From Desulfobulbales bacterium (lineage in GTDB: Bacteria; Desulfobacterota; Desulfobulbia; Desulfobulbales; Desulfobulbaceae), in contig JBBRBT010000003.1 in the NCBI GenBank assembly GCA_038205495.1, positions 26,787 to 90,786 on the forward strand: a stretch of 64,000 nucleotides of DNA, written 5' to 3'. Positions 9,230-18,896 of this stretch are shown piece by piece (the first letter of the stretch is position 1; every line of letters begins with the position of its first letter). Below the pieces are notes generated by a model. The model searched no databases, was not told where the DNA came from, and saw only the letters and a list, made by a program, of their open reading frames with translations. The position numbers and the translations under genes are program-made.

Positions 9230-10093
9230 ATGCTATCATTTCGTAAAATTTTTACCCACGCCGCCCTTTCCCTCCTGCTGACCGGCTCGGTGCTGGCCGC
9301 TTCCCCAGAACAACCCATGCCTACGCAAGCTGAAACCGCAGCACCGGTACTCGATGGAATCGCCCTGCAAGGAACCGTGCTCGAAACCATGAACAGTAGC
9401 GGCTACACCTATCTGTTGCTGGATATGGCTCAGGGAAAAACATGGGTGGCTATCCCCGAAACATCGGTCAAGATCGGGCAGGTGGTCGTTTGTACGCCAG
9501 GGATGACCATGAAAGGCTTTGCCTCCAAGACCTTGAATCGTACCTTTGATAGTATTGTCTTCTCTCCGGGTCTTGAAGGGGGGGCACCGTCGCCAGCCGC
9601 CCCCCCCCCACCTGTAACCTCTCCAGGTAAAGAAGGCCCTGGCTTCAACGAGGCACTGCAGGCGGAAACCGGCAACGGAAAAGCAGCCAAAATGGGCTCC
9701 GCTGCCGGTGAAAGCGCCGACATGGGGCCATCAACCGGTAGTGTCGGAGCTATTGTGCCATCGGCCGCTGTCAAGATCAACAAAGCCACTGGCCCGAACA
9801 GTTATTCGGTGGGGGAGTGTTTTGAACAGGCCAAAGATCTAAACAGCAAGACCGTCCGGGTACAGGGCAAGGTCATGAAGGTTTCGCGGATGATCATGGG
9901 CAAAAACTGGCTTCATATCCAGGACGGGACAGGAAATCCCATAAACAATCAACATGATCTCGTAGTCACCACTTTGGATGATGCCGCCGTCGACGCGGTG
10001 GTCACTGTGGTGGGAACGCTCAGCGCCAACCGTGATTTTGGTGCGGGGTATAAATACGAGGTGATTGTCGAAGACGCCAAGGTCGAAAAATAA
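9230..10093 (+). CDS. Exported NrfJ-like / tandem OB-fold protein
   Basis: Signal peptide, 'GTVLETMNSSGYTYL...WVA' N-domain, Pro/Gly-rich linker, C-terminal OB fold 'VRVQGKVMK..IMGKNWLHIQDG..DFGAGYKY'. Confidence 0.65.
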   Translation: MLSFRKIFTHAALSLLLTGSVLAASPEQPMPTQAETAAPVLDGIALQGTVLETMNSSGYTYLLLDMAQGKTWVAIPETSVKIGQVVVCTPGMTMKGFASKTLNRTFDSIVFSPGLEGGAPSPAAPPPPVTSPGKEGPGFNEALQAETGNGKAAKMGSAAGESADMGPSTGSVGAIVPSAAVKINKATGPNSYSVGECFEQAKDLNSKTVRVQGKVMKVSRMIMGKNWLHIQDGTGNPINNQHDLVVTTLDDAAVDAVVTVVGTLSANRDFGAGYKYEVIVEDAKVEK

Positions 10094-10107
10094 GTACCGC
10101 ACCCGCC

Positions 10108-10686
10108 ATGACCACTACCAAGATAGCACCGGCCGAGATCGGCTTTGATTTTGACGGGGTCATTGCCGATACCGTCGAGGCCTTCATCCGTATTGCCTGT
10201 GAGCAATACGCCCACTGCGATATTCGACCGGAAGATATCACCGATTTCTCGGTGGAGCAATGCCTGGCCATGGATGCGGGCACTGCCGAGTCGATCTTCC
10301 TAGCTATTCTCCGGGATTCGGTGGGCACAGGTTTGTTGCCCATGCCGGGAGCAGTCGAGGTTTTGGGTGAACTGACCGAGCAGACCACGGTGACAATCAT
10401 CACCGCCAGGCCGGATGCAGATCCGGTGCATCACTGGCTGCAGACGTTGTTCCCCCCCTCGGTGTGGCGGCGCCTCCGGGTGGTGGCCATGGGCGATCAC
10501 GATGATAAAGCCCGGTACATCAAGATGTCCGGGCTCTCTGCCTTTGTTGATGACCGGGCCGAAACCTGCCTGCAGCTCAACCGGGCGGGCATCCATTCCA
10601 TCGTTTTTTCGCAACCCTGGAACCGCAACCGGCACACACTGCCTATGGTGCAGAGCTGGGAAGAAATCCGTACCCTCTGTTTCTAA
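10108..10686 (+). CDS. HAD-superfamily hydrolase, 5'(3')-nucleotidase-like
   Basis: DFDGVIADT motif I, ITAR, FVDDR and QPWN motifs. Confidence 0.75.
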   Translation: MTTTKIAPAEIGFDFDGVIADTVEAFIRIACEQYAHCDIRPEDITDFSVEQCLAMDAGTAESIFLAILRDSVGTGLLPMPGAVEVLGELTEQTTVTIITARPDADPVHHWLQTLFPPSVWRRLRVVAMGDHDDKARYIKMSGLSAFVDDRAETCLQLNRAGIHSIVFSQPWNRNRHTLPMVQSWEEIRTLCF

Positions 10687-10701
10687 ACGATCATCCCCGG
10701 A

Positions 10702-11169
10702 GTGAGCACCATGCGATGTCCTGCCTGCGGCGCTGCCTTGCAGATCTACAAGAACCCGACGCCCACTGTTGATATTATCATAGAAACCGAAGGGGGCGTG
10801 GTGTTGATCGAACGGAAAAACCCGCCCTCTGGCTGGGCGCTGCCCGGTGGCTTTGTCGATTACGGAGAATCCTTTGAAGACGCCGCCCGGAGAGAGGCTG
10901 CTGAGGAGACCGGACTTGCTGTCACCCTTCGGCTCCAGTTCCACACCTACTCGGATCCCGACCGTGACGCCCGCCAACATACCGCCTCAACCGTCTTTAT
11001 CGCCACAGCCACCGGGCATCCCGTGGCAGCCGACGATGCCCGCCAAGCTGAAATCTTTCACCAGGACAATCTCCCGCCGCTGGCCTTTGACCATGAGCGG
11101 ATTCTCCAGGACTATTTTGTCTTCAAGGAAACAGGAAGGTTGCCCCAGCTCATCTCCGACAAACTCTGA
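10702..11169 (+). CDS. NUDIX hydrolase
   Basis: Nudix box [24 protein letters not shown], plus LAFDH. Confidence 0.9.
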   Translation: MSTMRCPACGAALQIYKNPTPTVDIIIETEGGVVLIERKNPPSGWALPGGFVDYGESFEDAARREAAEETGLAVTLRLQFHTYSDPDRDARQHTASTVFIATATGHPVAADDARQAEIFHQDNLPPLAFDHERILQDYFVFKETGRLPQLISDKL

Positions 11170-11179
11170 GAGGCGCTTC

Positions 11180-11929
11180 TTATTCGCGCACGGATTCTTT
11201 GATCTGCAAGGCCCCCACCTGAACCGAAGTGGAGGGCGGCAATGCCGTCCCGGCGGGCGGATCGTTGTCCTCTGCTTTCTTATCCGGCTGGTCGATCGTG
11301 CCCGATGATGATATCGAAGCAAGGGGTTTGATGAAGATTTGTTGCGTGGGTTGGGTCTGGGAGGGTTTCAGCGTGGTAGCCAGAGGCTTTTCTTCGAGAT
11401 GACGACGGAGCGAGAACAGCAGCAGTACTAAAAGACCAAGACCCAAGAGGCAAAACAAGAGCCACGGGCGGGGCCATCGCTTCAGCCGATATCTCGTTAC
11501 AGCCAGAGGCTGTACCATTTTCTCGGATTCGACCGGCGCGGGTCTCTGCGGAATGATTACTGGCTCTTGTGTCACCGTCTTACCGACAATCTTGGCAACA
11601 AGCGCCTCCGCCCCTTCCAGGGCCTTCTTTTCCTCGGCCAGACCGGGCACATCAATGGCGATCAGCTCAATATCCTGATACAATTTACCTGCCAGGGTAT
11701 ATTCCTCCATCGCGACACAAGCCCTGGCCTGCTGCTGCAGTTTTTCCACCCGCGCCTGAAGCTGAGCCAATTCCCGAATCAGTGCATTTTTTTCTTTGGC
11801 GTCGAGGTCAGCACTGAGTTGACGGCACAGAAATCGGGCCTCAAAAATCCGTCCCTCCTTGATCCTGGAACGGATAAGGACGGACGGATTCTCAACCGGA
11901 GATGCAGATTCAGGCTTGCTTGCAGGCAT
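11180..11929 (-). CDS. Hypothetical single-pass membrane protein with helical/coiled N-terminus
   Basis: Helical charged N-terminal half, TM segment 'WLLFCLLGLGLLVLLLF', low-complexity C-terminus. Starts 15 nt after the upstream small ORF. Confidence 0.6.
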   Translation of the reverse strand: MPASKPESASPVENPSVLIRSRIKEGRIFEARFLCRQLSADLDAKEKNALIRELAQLQARVEKLQQQARACVAMEEYTLAGKLYQDIELIAIDVPGLAEEKKALEGAEALVAKIVGKTVTQEPVIIPQRPAPVESEKMVQPLAVTRYRLKRWPRPWLLFCLLGLGLLVLLLFSLRRHLEEKPLATTLKPSQTQPTQQIFIKPLASISSSGTIDQPDKKAEDNDPPAGTALPPSTSVQVGALQIKESVRE

Positions 11930-11944
11930 CAATATGTCCCCGCG

Positions 11945-12106
11945 TTAAAGGAAGGTCTTCAACACCGCATAGACAATCAGCCCCGTACCTACGGAGCTGT
12001 ACATCAACAGTCAGGGGAGACAATCCCCGCCTGACCGTTTCAAAATAAAGGTAAGGGTGGTAATCCCGGCCAGGATCGCCACCCCGATAACGAGCAGTTC
12101 TTTCAT
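11945..12106 (-). CDS. Candidate small membrane selenoprotein (53 aa, CxxU): MKELLVIGVAILAGITTLTFILKRSGGDCLP-U-LLMYSSVGTGLIVYAVLKTFL
   Basis: GGGGAGG RBS 4 nt before ATG 12106. In-frame TGA at 12013-12011 after C-L-P. Frame stays open through a second hydrophobic helix to TAA 11947-11945. SECIS-like hairpin follows the UGA. Confidence 0.75.
11978..11999 (-). promoter_or_regulatory. Bacterial SECIS-like element
   Basis: CAGCUCCGU-AGGU-ACGGGGCUG: 9-bp stem with one G-U pair, starting 11 nt 3' of the UGA, G-containing apical loop. Confidence 0.7.
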
Positions 12107-12129
12107 GATTCCTCCCCGAGGGGGAAATC

Positions 12130-13929
12130 CTACCCCCTTATTTTCGCATCTTTTTTCTTACGCAACCGAATGGCCTTGGGGGTGATCTCCACCAATTCGT
12201 CATCATTGATGTAAGATATACAGTCTTCAAGACTCATGTCAATGGGAGGGGTCAAAACAACCGCCTCATCGGATCCTGAGGCCCGCATATTGGTCAATTT
12301 TTTACCCTTAGCCGGATTGACGATCAGGTCGGCAGGACGGCAATGTTCGCCGATGATCTGCCCGGGATAGGTATCAAAACCGGGACCGATAAACAGCTTA
12401 CCCCGCTCCTGAAGATTGAACAAGGCATAGGCCACGGTGGTGCTGGGTTCCTTGACGATAATGACCCCGTTCATGCGATTCTGGATATCCCCGGCATACG
12501 GGCCCCATTCGGAGAACACGTAGTTCATCACGCCCATGCCGCGCGTGTCGGTCATAAAGGCCGAACGATAGCCAAGCAGACCGCGGGTGGGCACCTTGAA
12601 TTTCATCCGGGTCATCGATTTTTCCACCTGCATATCGAGCATCACCCCTTTGAGCTTGCCCAATTTTTCAATGACCACCCCTTGATACTGCTCATCCACA
12701 TCCACGGACAGCTCTTCGTAAGGCTCCAGGGTTTTGCCGTCAACCTGGCGCATGATGACCTGGGGCTTGGTCACCTGAAGTTCGTAGTCCTCACGACGCA
12801 TCTTCTCAATGAGAATGGAGAGATGCAGCTCGCCGCGCCCGGAAACCCGGTAGCCGACCGCATCGGTCAGCGGCTCGACCTGGAGGGCGACGTCGGCCAG
12901 CGTCTCCTTGGCCAGTCGCTCTTCCAGATGGCGGGAGGTGACAAACTTTCCGTCCTGACCGGCAAAGGGCGAATCGTTGGGAATAAAATTCATGGAAATG
13001 GTCGGCGGATCGATCTCAATCAGCGGCAGGGGCCGCGGATTGAGGGGATCGGTGAAGGTGACACCAACCGTGACATCTTCCATACCGGCAACCGCAACAA
13101 TATCTCCGACCATGGCGCTTTCAATCGGCACCTTCTGATCGCCGCAGAACCCGAAAATTTTATTGATCCGCACCGGCACGATGGAGCCGTCACGGCGGGA
13201 GACCGCCAGAGGGGTCCGCAGAGTCAGGGTCCCGTTCGTGACCTTGCCGATACCCAAGCGACCGAGGTAGGGCGAATAGTCGATGGTGTTAACCTGCAGT
13301 TGCAGCGGGGCATCAGCACTGCCCGATGGAGGCGGCACAAATTTCACGATCATTTCCGACACCACATCCATCCCGGTTTCGGGAGTTATCGGTGTGTCCG
13401 GTTCGGCCACCGCATATCCGGCCTTGGCCGAGGCATAGACCACGGGGAAATCGAGGATATGGTCCGGTGCATCGAGACGGTCGAGCAAGCCGAAGACCTG
13501 ATCCACTACCCAGTCGCAACGGGCCGCCGGTTTATCTATTTTGTTGATCACCACCAGGATGGGCAGACCGGCGGCCAACGCCTTCTTGACCACGAAAAAG
13601 GTCTGTGGCATTGGTCCTTCCTGGGCATCGACCAGCAGCACGGCACCATCGGCCATGCGCAGCACCCGCTCGACCTGGCCGCCAAAGTCGGCATGGCCGG
13701 GGGTGTCGATGATATTGATCTTATATTCCCCATAGGTATATGATCCATTTTTCGAGGCAATGGTGATACCCCGTTCGCGCTCAAGATCCATGGAATCCAT
13801 AAGCCGCTCCGCCACCTGCTGATTGTCGCGAAACATGCCGCTATGCCGGAACAACTGGTCGACGAGGGTGGTTTTCCCATGATCGACATGGGCGATGATA
13901 GCGACATTACGAATATACTTCTGTTCCAT
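12130..13929 (-). CDS. typA: Translational GTPase TypA/BipA
   Basis: [44 protein letters not shown] and C-terminal DDELVEITP motifs. Confidence 0.97.
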   Translation of the reverse strand: MEQKYIRNVAIIAHVDHGKTTLVDQLFRHSGMFRDNQQVAERLMDSMDLERERGITIASKNGSYTYGEYKINIIDTPGHADFGGQVERVLRMADGAVLLVDAQEGPMPQTFFVVKKALAAGLPILVVINKIDKPAARCDWVVDQVFGLLDRLDAPDHILDFPVVYASAKAGYAVAEPDTPITPETGMDVVSEMIVKFVPPPSGSADAPLQLQVNTIDYSPYLGRLGIGKVTNGTLTLRTPLAVSRRDGSIVPVRINKIFGFCGDQKVPIESAMVGDIVAVAGMEDVTVGVTFTDPLNPRPLPLIEIDPPTISMNFIPNDSPFAGQDGKFVTSRHLEERLAKETLADVALQVEPLTDAVGYRVSGRGELHLSILIEKMRREDYELQVTKPQVIMRQVDGKTLEPYEELSVDVDEQYQGVVIEKLGKLKGVMLDMQVEKSMTRMKFKVPTRGLLGYRSAFMTDTRGMGVMNYVFSEWGPYAGDIQNRMNGVIIVKEPSTTVAYALFNLQERGKLFIGPGFDTYPGQIIGEHCRPADLIVNPAKGKKLTNMRASGSDEAVVLTPPIDMSLEDCISYINDDELVEITPKAIRLRKKKDAKIRG

Positions 13930-14147
13930 ACTGCTCCTGCCCCCGGGTGGGGCGATTTTTGATTATTGAAAATTCGATAGACGATATCCCGGAATGCCGG
14001 GGAATGAGACGATTCGGGTGTATTCCGGCAGAATATCTCCGGCATGGTGATCCCGGGAAGGACTGGCCGATCTCCGAACAGAGATCAAAAAATGAAAAAT
14101 ATACAGGAAGAACTACAAAAAGACAAGGAGATTGAAGGCCGTACCGC

Positions 14148-15539
14148 TCACCATCCTGAAAAAATAGTGCGCCGTGCCGCAGCCGACCGCCGCAGGACAG
14201 GAATTTCTGCATCAACATAATCAATCACCCGGGCCCTTTTCCCCTCAGCGGGTCGCATGATCCGGCCGACCACCTGCAACAGCCGCCCCTCGAATTTAAT
14301 GGGGGTAGCCAGCACCAAAGTAGTCAACCCCGGACAATCAAAACCCTCACCGATGAGCTGCAGGGTGGCGACAAGCACGGCCACCCGACCCGCCTGCACC
14401 TCGGCAACAATCTGCGCACGTGATTCCGAGGTGACTTGGCCGGTCAGAACCAGCGCCGCCACTCCCTGCTCGGCCATGAGGTCCGCCAGGACCTGGCAGT
14501 GAGCCACCCGGTCGGACACCACCAGCACCGTTCCCTCATGCCCCTGGCGGACGAGGGTGACAATATCCTCGACGATCTGATGATTGCGCGGCCCATCGGC
14601 GGCCAAGGCTTTGATCAGCCGGGCATATTCGCCCTGGAAAAAGTACGCGAACCCGGTCGACCGCTGCTCCAACTCCGGCCGCACCACCGCGCCGCTGGCC
14701 GCCAGTATTCGCCCATCGACTGCAAACACCCGATCCCCCATGTAGGTGTAGATCAGCTGGGTCATGCCGTCCTCGCGACGAAAGGCGGTGGCCGACAGCC
14801 CCAGCATATACCGACTGTCAAAGGCCGAAACCACATCGGTGAACAAACTGGCAGGGACGCGATGGCACTCGTCCACCACAATCTGGCCAAAATGCTCGGG
14901 CAAGGTTCCCAGATGTTTCTTTGCCGTATTGACGATGGCGACCGTCACCGGCTGGATATCAAGGGTACCGTCACCTGCCCGGCCGGCATCAATGTCCAAA
15001 AACTGCCGAATACGCTGCCGCCACTGGTTCATCAATTCCTTGGAATGGACGAGGATCAAGGTTGGTTGCCTTCGCCTGGCAATGAGGTTTAGGGCCATGA
15101 CGGTCTTGCCCGAACCGGTACCGGCCTCGAGAACCCCGAAGGAATGGGCCAGGACCGCATCGACTGCCTGGTGCTGATACGGCCGCAACTCTCCCTGGAA
15201 CGACAGATCAATTTCCGGAACGAGACGACGCTGATCAACAATGGCGGGCTGCGATCCCGTCTGCTGACGGCAGATCCGTACTGCCTGATTACCGAAACCT
15301 CGCGGAAAATAGATTCGCCCCTGCTCTTCCCGAAAGAAAAAAAGTTGTGCTTGGAGCTGCTTGCCGATCCAGCGGCTATATTGCTTTGCCGCCAGATATT
15401 TCGGATTGTCGATGGTCAAGGCTGCACGGATGGCGACCAGCAGTGCTGGAGGAGCGCCCGTGAGGCTGCATTCGCGGTTGACTGTGAGACACATTGTCGA
15501 ATTACGCGGGACTGGGGATGCATTGTTCACGGGCTGCAT
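14148..15539 (-). CDS. Superfamily II DEAD/DEAH-box helicase (ResIII/XPB-like)
   Basis: LRPYQ, TGSGKT, DECH, LSAT, EGFDCP and QVVGRIMR motifs. Start may be 15494. Confidence 0.85.
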   Translation of the reverse strand: MQPVNNASPVPRNSTMCLTVNRECSLTGAPPALLVAIRAALTIDNPKYLAAKQYSRWIGKQLQAQLFFFREEQGRIYFPRGFGNQAVRICRQQTGSQPAIVDQRRLVPEIDLSFQGELRPYQHQAVDAVLAHSFGVLEAGTGSGKTVMALNLIARRRQPTLILVHSKELMNQWRQRIRQFLDIDAGRAGDGTLDIQPVTVAIVNTAKKHLGTLPEHFGQIVVDECHRVPASLFTDVVSAFDSRYMLGLSATAFRREDGMTQLIYTYMGDRVFAVDGRILAASGAVVRPELEQRSTGFAYFFQGEYARLIKALAADGPRNHQIVEDIVTLVRQGHEGTVLVVSDRVAHCQVLADLMAEQGVAALVLTGQVTSESRAQIVAEVQAGRVAVLVATLQLIGEGFDCPGLTTLVLATPIKFEGRLLQVVGRIMRPAEGKRARVIDYVDAEIPVLRRSAAARRTIFSGW

Positions 15540-15824
15540 ACGCTTGCAAGAAGAGAAAGTTGCCCCTGACGACGAGAACAGTCAAGATTCCTCCTCCGAA
15601 ACAACAGGAATGATCTTTTCTTGTTTGTCGGCTTGACAGGGTAGAGAATATATTGCATTTTACTTGTTTGTGCCATTCTTGACGATTCGACAAGGGGCTC
15701 AACTTGTCAGCAACCGCCCCTTACATGACTCTCGGCCTCTTCTTTCTGCTGCCTGCCCATCTTCCACACCAAGAAAACACGGAAAAGCAGACAATACACT
15801 TCCAATTCTTCTTCTGACGACAAA

Positions 15825-16457
15825 ATGGTACAAAAAAATTACATCCGCTCCCTTTACCTCCTGATTACTCTCCTGCTCGTGCCGCATTCCGCAATGAGCG
15901 CTCCCAATGGCAGTCAAGGGCAAAGGGATATCGTCATCACACTGCCGGCCGAGACCGTGCTGGCAGCACTCCAAAAAATACTGCCGCTGAGCATCCCTTC
16001 ACAGAACGAGCAACTGCAGGGAGACATTATCCTTGAATCCCTGGACCGGCTGGTCATCCACGACAATATCATTGCAGTGCACGGAGTCCTTTCCGGCAAA
16101 AACCTGATGGTGGTGACTAATATTGCTGGTCAGAATATCCAGCTCAGGGTCGGCGAGGTACGCCTGCCCATGACCTGTGACCTGCTGACGCGCTTTGACC
16201 CTGCCCGAAAAAAACTCTTCGTCACCCCACGTTTTTCCGACACCGGTTCGGGTAACAACAATCAGGAGGACTCGCTCGCGCCCTTGCTGGGAGCCCTGGG
16301 TGGCAGAGAGCACGCCGTGAACCTGGATGCTCTACAGCTGCTCAATATTAAAGTCGGCGCCAGATCCATTCCCATTGCCATGGAACCGGTCAAGATTGTA
16401 GGCACCGACAATGCATTGATTTTCCATCTGTTGCCCCAAGTCGGCAACTCCAAATAA
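15825..16457 (+). CDS. Hypothetical exported protein
   Basis: N-terminal signal peptide, 210-aa ORF just upstream of the HIT gene, no recognised motif. Confidence 0.6.
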   Translation: MVQKNYIRSLYLLITLLLVPHSAMSAPNGSQGQRDIVITLPAETVLAALQKILPLSIPSQNEQLQGDIILESLDRLVIHDNIIAVHGVLSGKNLMVVTNIAGQNIQLRVGEVRLPMTCDLLTRFDPARKKLFVTPRFSDTGSGNNNQEDSLAPLLGALGGREHAVNLDALQLLNIKVGARSIPIAMEPVKIVGTDNALIFHLLPQVGNSK

Positions 16458-16497
16458 ACCCAATCCCGTTTTTCCAACCACAAGGGAGTCCCCCATC

Positions 16498-16839
16498 ATG
16501 CCTGACAATTGTCTCTTCTGCAAGATCATCCGTGGAGAAATACCGGCTGCCAAACTGTATGAAGACGATGAGGTCCTCGCCTTCCGCGATATCGCCCCGC
16601 AGGCACCGGTTCATTTCCTGGTTATCCCTAAAAAACACCTCAGCGGTCCGGGGGCGGTAAGCGAGGACGATGAACGAATCGTCGGAAAACTGATGCGGGT
16701 GGGCAAAGAAATCGCGGCAAAAGAAGGGATCACCCATTACCGGGTGGTGTTCAATAATGGCTCACAGGCAGGACAGACGGTTTTTCATCTGCACATGCAC
16801 ATCCTGGGCGGCAGAAACATGGCCTGGCCTCCGGGCTGA
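16498..16839 (+). CDS. hinT: Histidine triad nucleotide-binding protein
   Basis: CLFCKI, AFRDIAPQAPVH, HLHMH triad, WPPG end. Confidence 0.92.
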   Translation: MPDNCLFCKIIRGEIPAAKLYEDDEVLAFRDIAPQAPVHFLVIPKKHLSGPGAVSEDDERIVGKLMRVGKEIAAKEGITHYRVVFNNGSQAGQTVFHLHMHILGGRNMAWPPG

Positions 16840-17053
16840 TTCACACGTGTCCCAAAAAGGGGAAACCAGGATCGCTCACAAGGACTGGTGTTATGCATCC
16901 CCCTGCCCCCCTTACAGAAGCTTCCGAAGCTTCGAGGATTGACACTGCGAGGGTTCCGCAAGAGCATTTATGGGCGAATCAGAACACAAAGGCTTAGCTC
17001 TCGGCTAACAAGGACCTGCGCCGTAAGGCTTGGGGCGCAAACAAGGTGGCCGT

Positions 17054-18814
17054 GTGACCCTCGGCAATGACAAAAACAGCGTGATTCTCTACGATGCCGG
17101 CAAACAACAGTGGTTGTTGTTCCGCCGTCCTTTCAAAATCTACAAAGTGCATACAACAGAATCGATTGTTCCAGTTTTGCGAGCGGTGGAGTATCAGGTT
17201 GAGCACAACCGTCTGCATGCCGCCGGATTTCTTGCTTATGAAGCTGGCCCTGCTTTTGATCCCGCCCTTGCCGTCCAGTCGCCACACGGATTCCCACTCC
17301 TCTGGTTTGGCCTCTATCGGGCCCCGGAACAGATCTCTTTTCCGTCTTTGCCAGGGGAAGATTCTGCACCCCTATTTTGGGAGCCCTCGGTTTCTCAGGA
17401 AGAATACCAAGGTTGCTTTCGCAAAATCAAAAAACACATCCAGGCCGGAGCAACGTATCAGATTAATTATACGTTTCGTCTCCAAGCGCCGTTTGCCCAG
17501 AATCCATGGCAATTATTTGTACGCATGGTGCACGCGCAAGGAGCTGGGTACGGCGCCTATGTCAACACAGAAGACTGGGCTGTTTGCTCCGCTTCACCCG
17601 AATTGTTTTTTACCTTCGCAGACGGGGTATTACGTTCCCGCCCCATGAAAGGAACAATGCCCAGAGGACTAACGCAAACCGAAGACCATGAAAAAGCAGA
17701 CCAGCTGGCGCGCTCAGAAAAAAACAGGGCAGAGAACGTGATGATCGTCGACATGGTGCGCAATGACATGGGCCGGATTCCCAGGTGCACGGCGGTAACC
17801 GTACCAATCCTTTTTGATATCGAGAAATATCCGACCCTATGGCAAATGACGAGTTCGGTGCACTGCCACACCCAGGCAAACGTGACGGAAATATTCCAGG
17901 CCTTGTTTCCAGCGGCCTCGATAACCGGTGCCCCCAAGATTCGGGCTACGCACATTATAGCTGAACTTGAGAACACGCCCCGGCGGATATACACGGGCAC
18001 TGTGGGTTTTCTCTCCCCCGGACATAAGGCGCAGTTCAATGTTGCCATCAGGACGGTTCTTGTGGACAAATTGCGCCATAAGGCCGAATACGGCGTGGGA
18101 GGAGGCATCATCTGGGATTCAGAGGAGGCTGATGAACTCGACGAATGCTATACCAAAGCCCGAATCCTTACCCAGCCGAGATCGCCCTTCGCCTTGCTGG
18201 AAACCCTCCTGTGGACACCTCAACACGGCTATTTCCTGCTCGAGCCTCACCTGACCCGCCTGGCGGCCTCAGCCGCCTATTTCTCTCGCTCTGTTGATAT
18301 GGGGTCTATCCGAGAACAACTCAAACTGTTGGCTGACACTCTTCCCGCAGTGCCGCACAAAATACGCCTAATGCTTTCAGAGGAACAGGTGCCCACCGTA
18401 GAGGCGCACCAGCTTGTGCCTATGCCCCGCCCCTACCGCATCCAGCTTGCCAGAAATCCTGTCAACGCCCAGGATCCTTTTCTCTACCACAAAACAACGA
18501 ACCGCGGCGTCTATGAACAGGCCAGGATGGGGGCTCCGGAATATGACGATGTGCTGCTCTGGAATGAAAACAAGGAAATAACTGAATCCTGCATAGCCAA
18601 TATTGCGGTGAAAATCGAGGGACAACTCTTTACACCGCCCGCCAGCGTCGGCCTTCTTCCCGGAACCTACCGTTCCTATCTGCTGGACCAGGCGATGATC
18701 ACTGAGCAGATCCTCACTGTTCATGATCTGCGCCGATGCTCAAGAATGTTCCTGTTCAACTCGGTACGCGGCATGTGGGAGGTATCGCTTGAACATCCCA
18801 CAGACAACCTTTGA
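17054..18814 (+). CDS. pabB: Aminodeoxychorismate synthase component I fused to class IV aminotransferase (ADC lyase-like)
   Basis: SPELFF, PMKGT, KNRAENVMIVD, SITGAPK, GVGGGI chorismate-binding domain, followed by LLETL..HKTTNR..ESCIAN..GLLPG domain. Confidence 0.85.
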   Translation: MTLGNDKNSVILYDAGKQQWLLFRRPFKIYKVHTTESIVPVLRAVEYQVEHNRLHAAGFLAYEAGPAFDPALAVQSPHGFPLLWFGLYRAPEQISFPSLPGEDSAPLFWEPSVSQEEYQGCFRKIKKHIQAGATYQINYTFRLQAPFAQNPWQLFVRMVHAQGAGYGAYVNTEDWAVCSASPELFFTFADGVLRSRPMKGTMPRGLTQTEDHEKADQLARSEKNRAENVMIVDMVRNDMGRIPRCTAVTVPILFDIEKYPTLWQMTSSVHCHTQANVTEIFQALFPAASITGAPKIRATHIIAELENTPRRIYTGTVGFLSPGHKAQFNVAIRTVLVDKLRHKAEYGVGGGIIWDSEEADELDECYTKARILTQPRSPFALLETLLWTPQHGYFLLEPHLTRLAASAAYFSRSVDMGSIREQLKLLADTLPAVPHKIRLMLSEEQVPTVEAHQLVPMPRPYRIQLARNPVNAQDPFLYHKTTNRGVYEQARMGAPEYDDVLLWNENKEITESCIANIAVKIEGQLFTPPASVGLLPGTYRSYLLDQAMITEQILTVHDLRRCSRMFLFNSVRGMWEVSLEHPTDNL

Positions 18815-18896
18815 AAAATACACATGGTAAAAGGTCCCGATACATGCAACCCAGAAAGGATCATCTTGCCTTCCCGGGTGCAGTGTTTGCCCGGGT

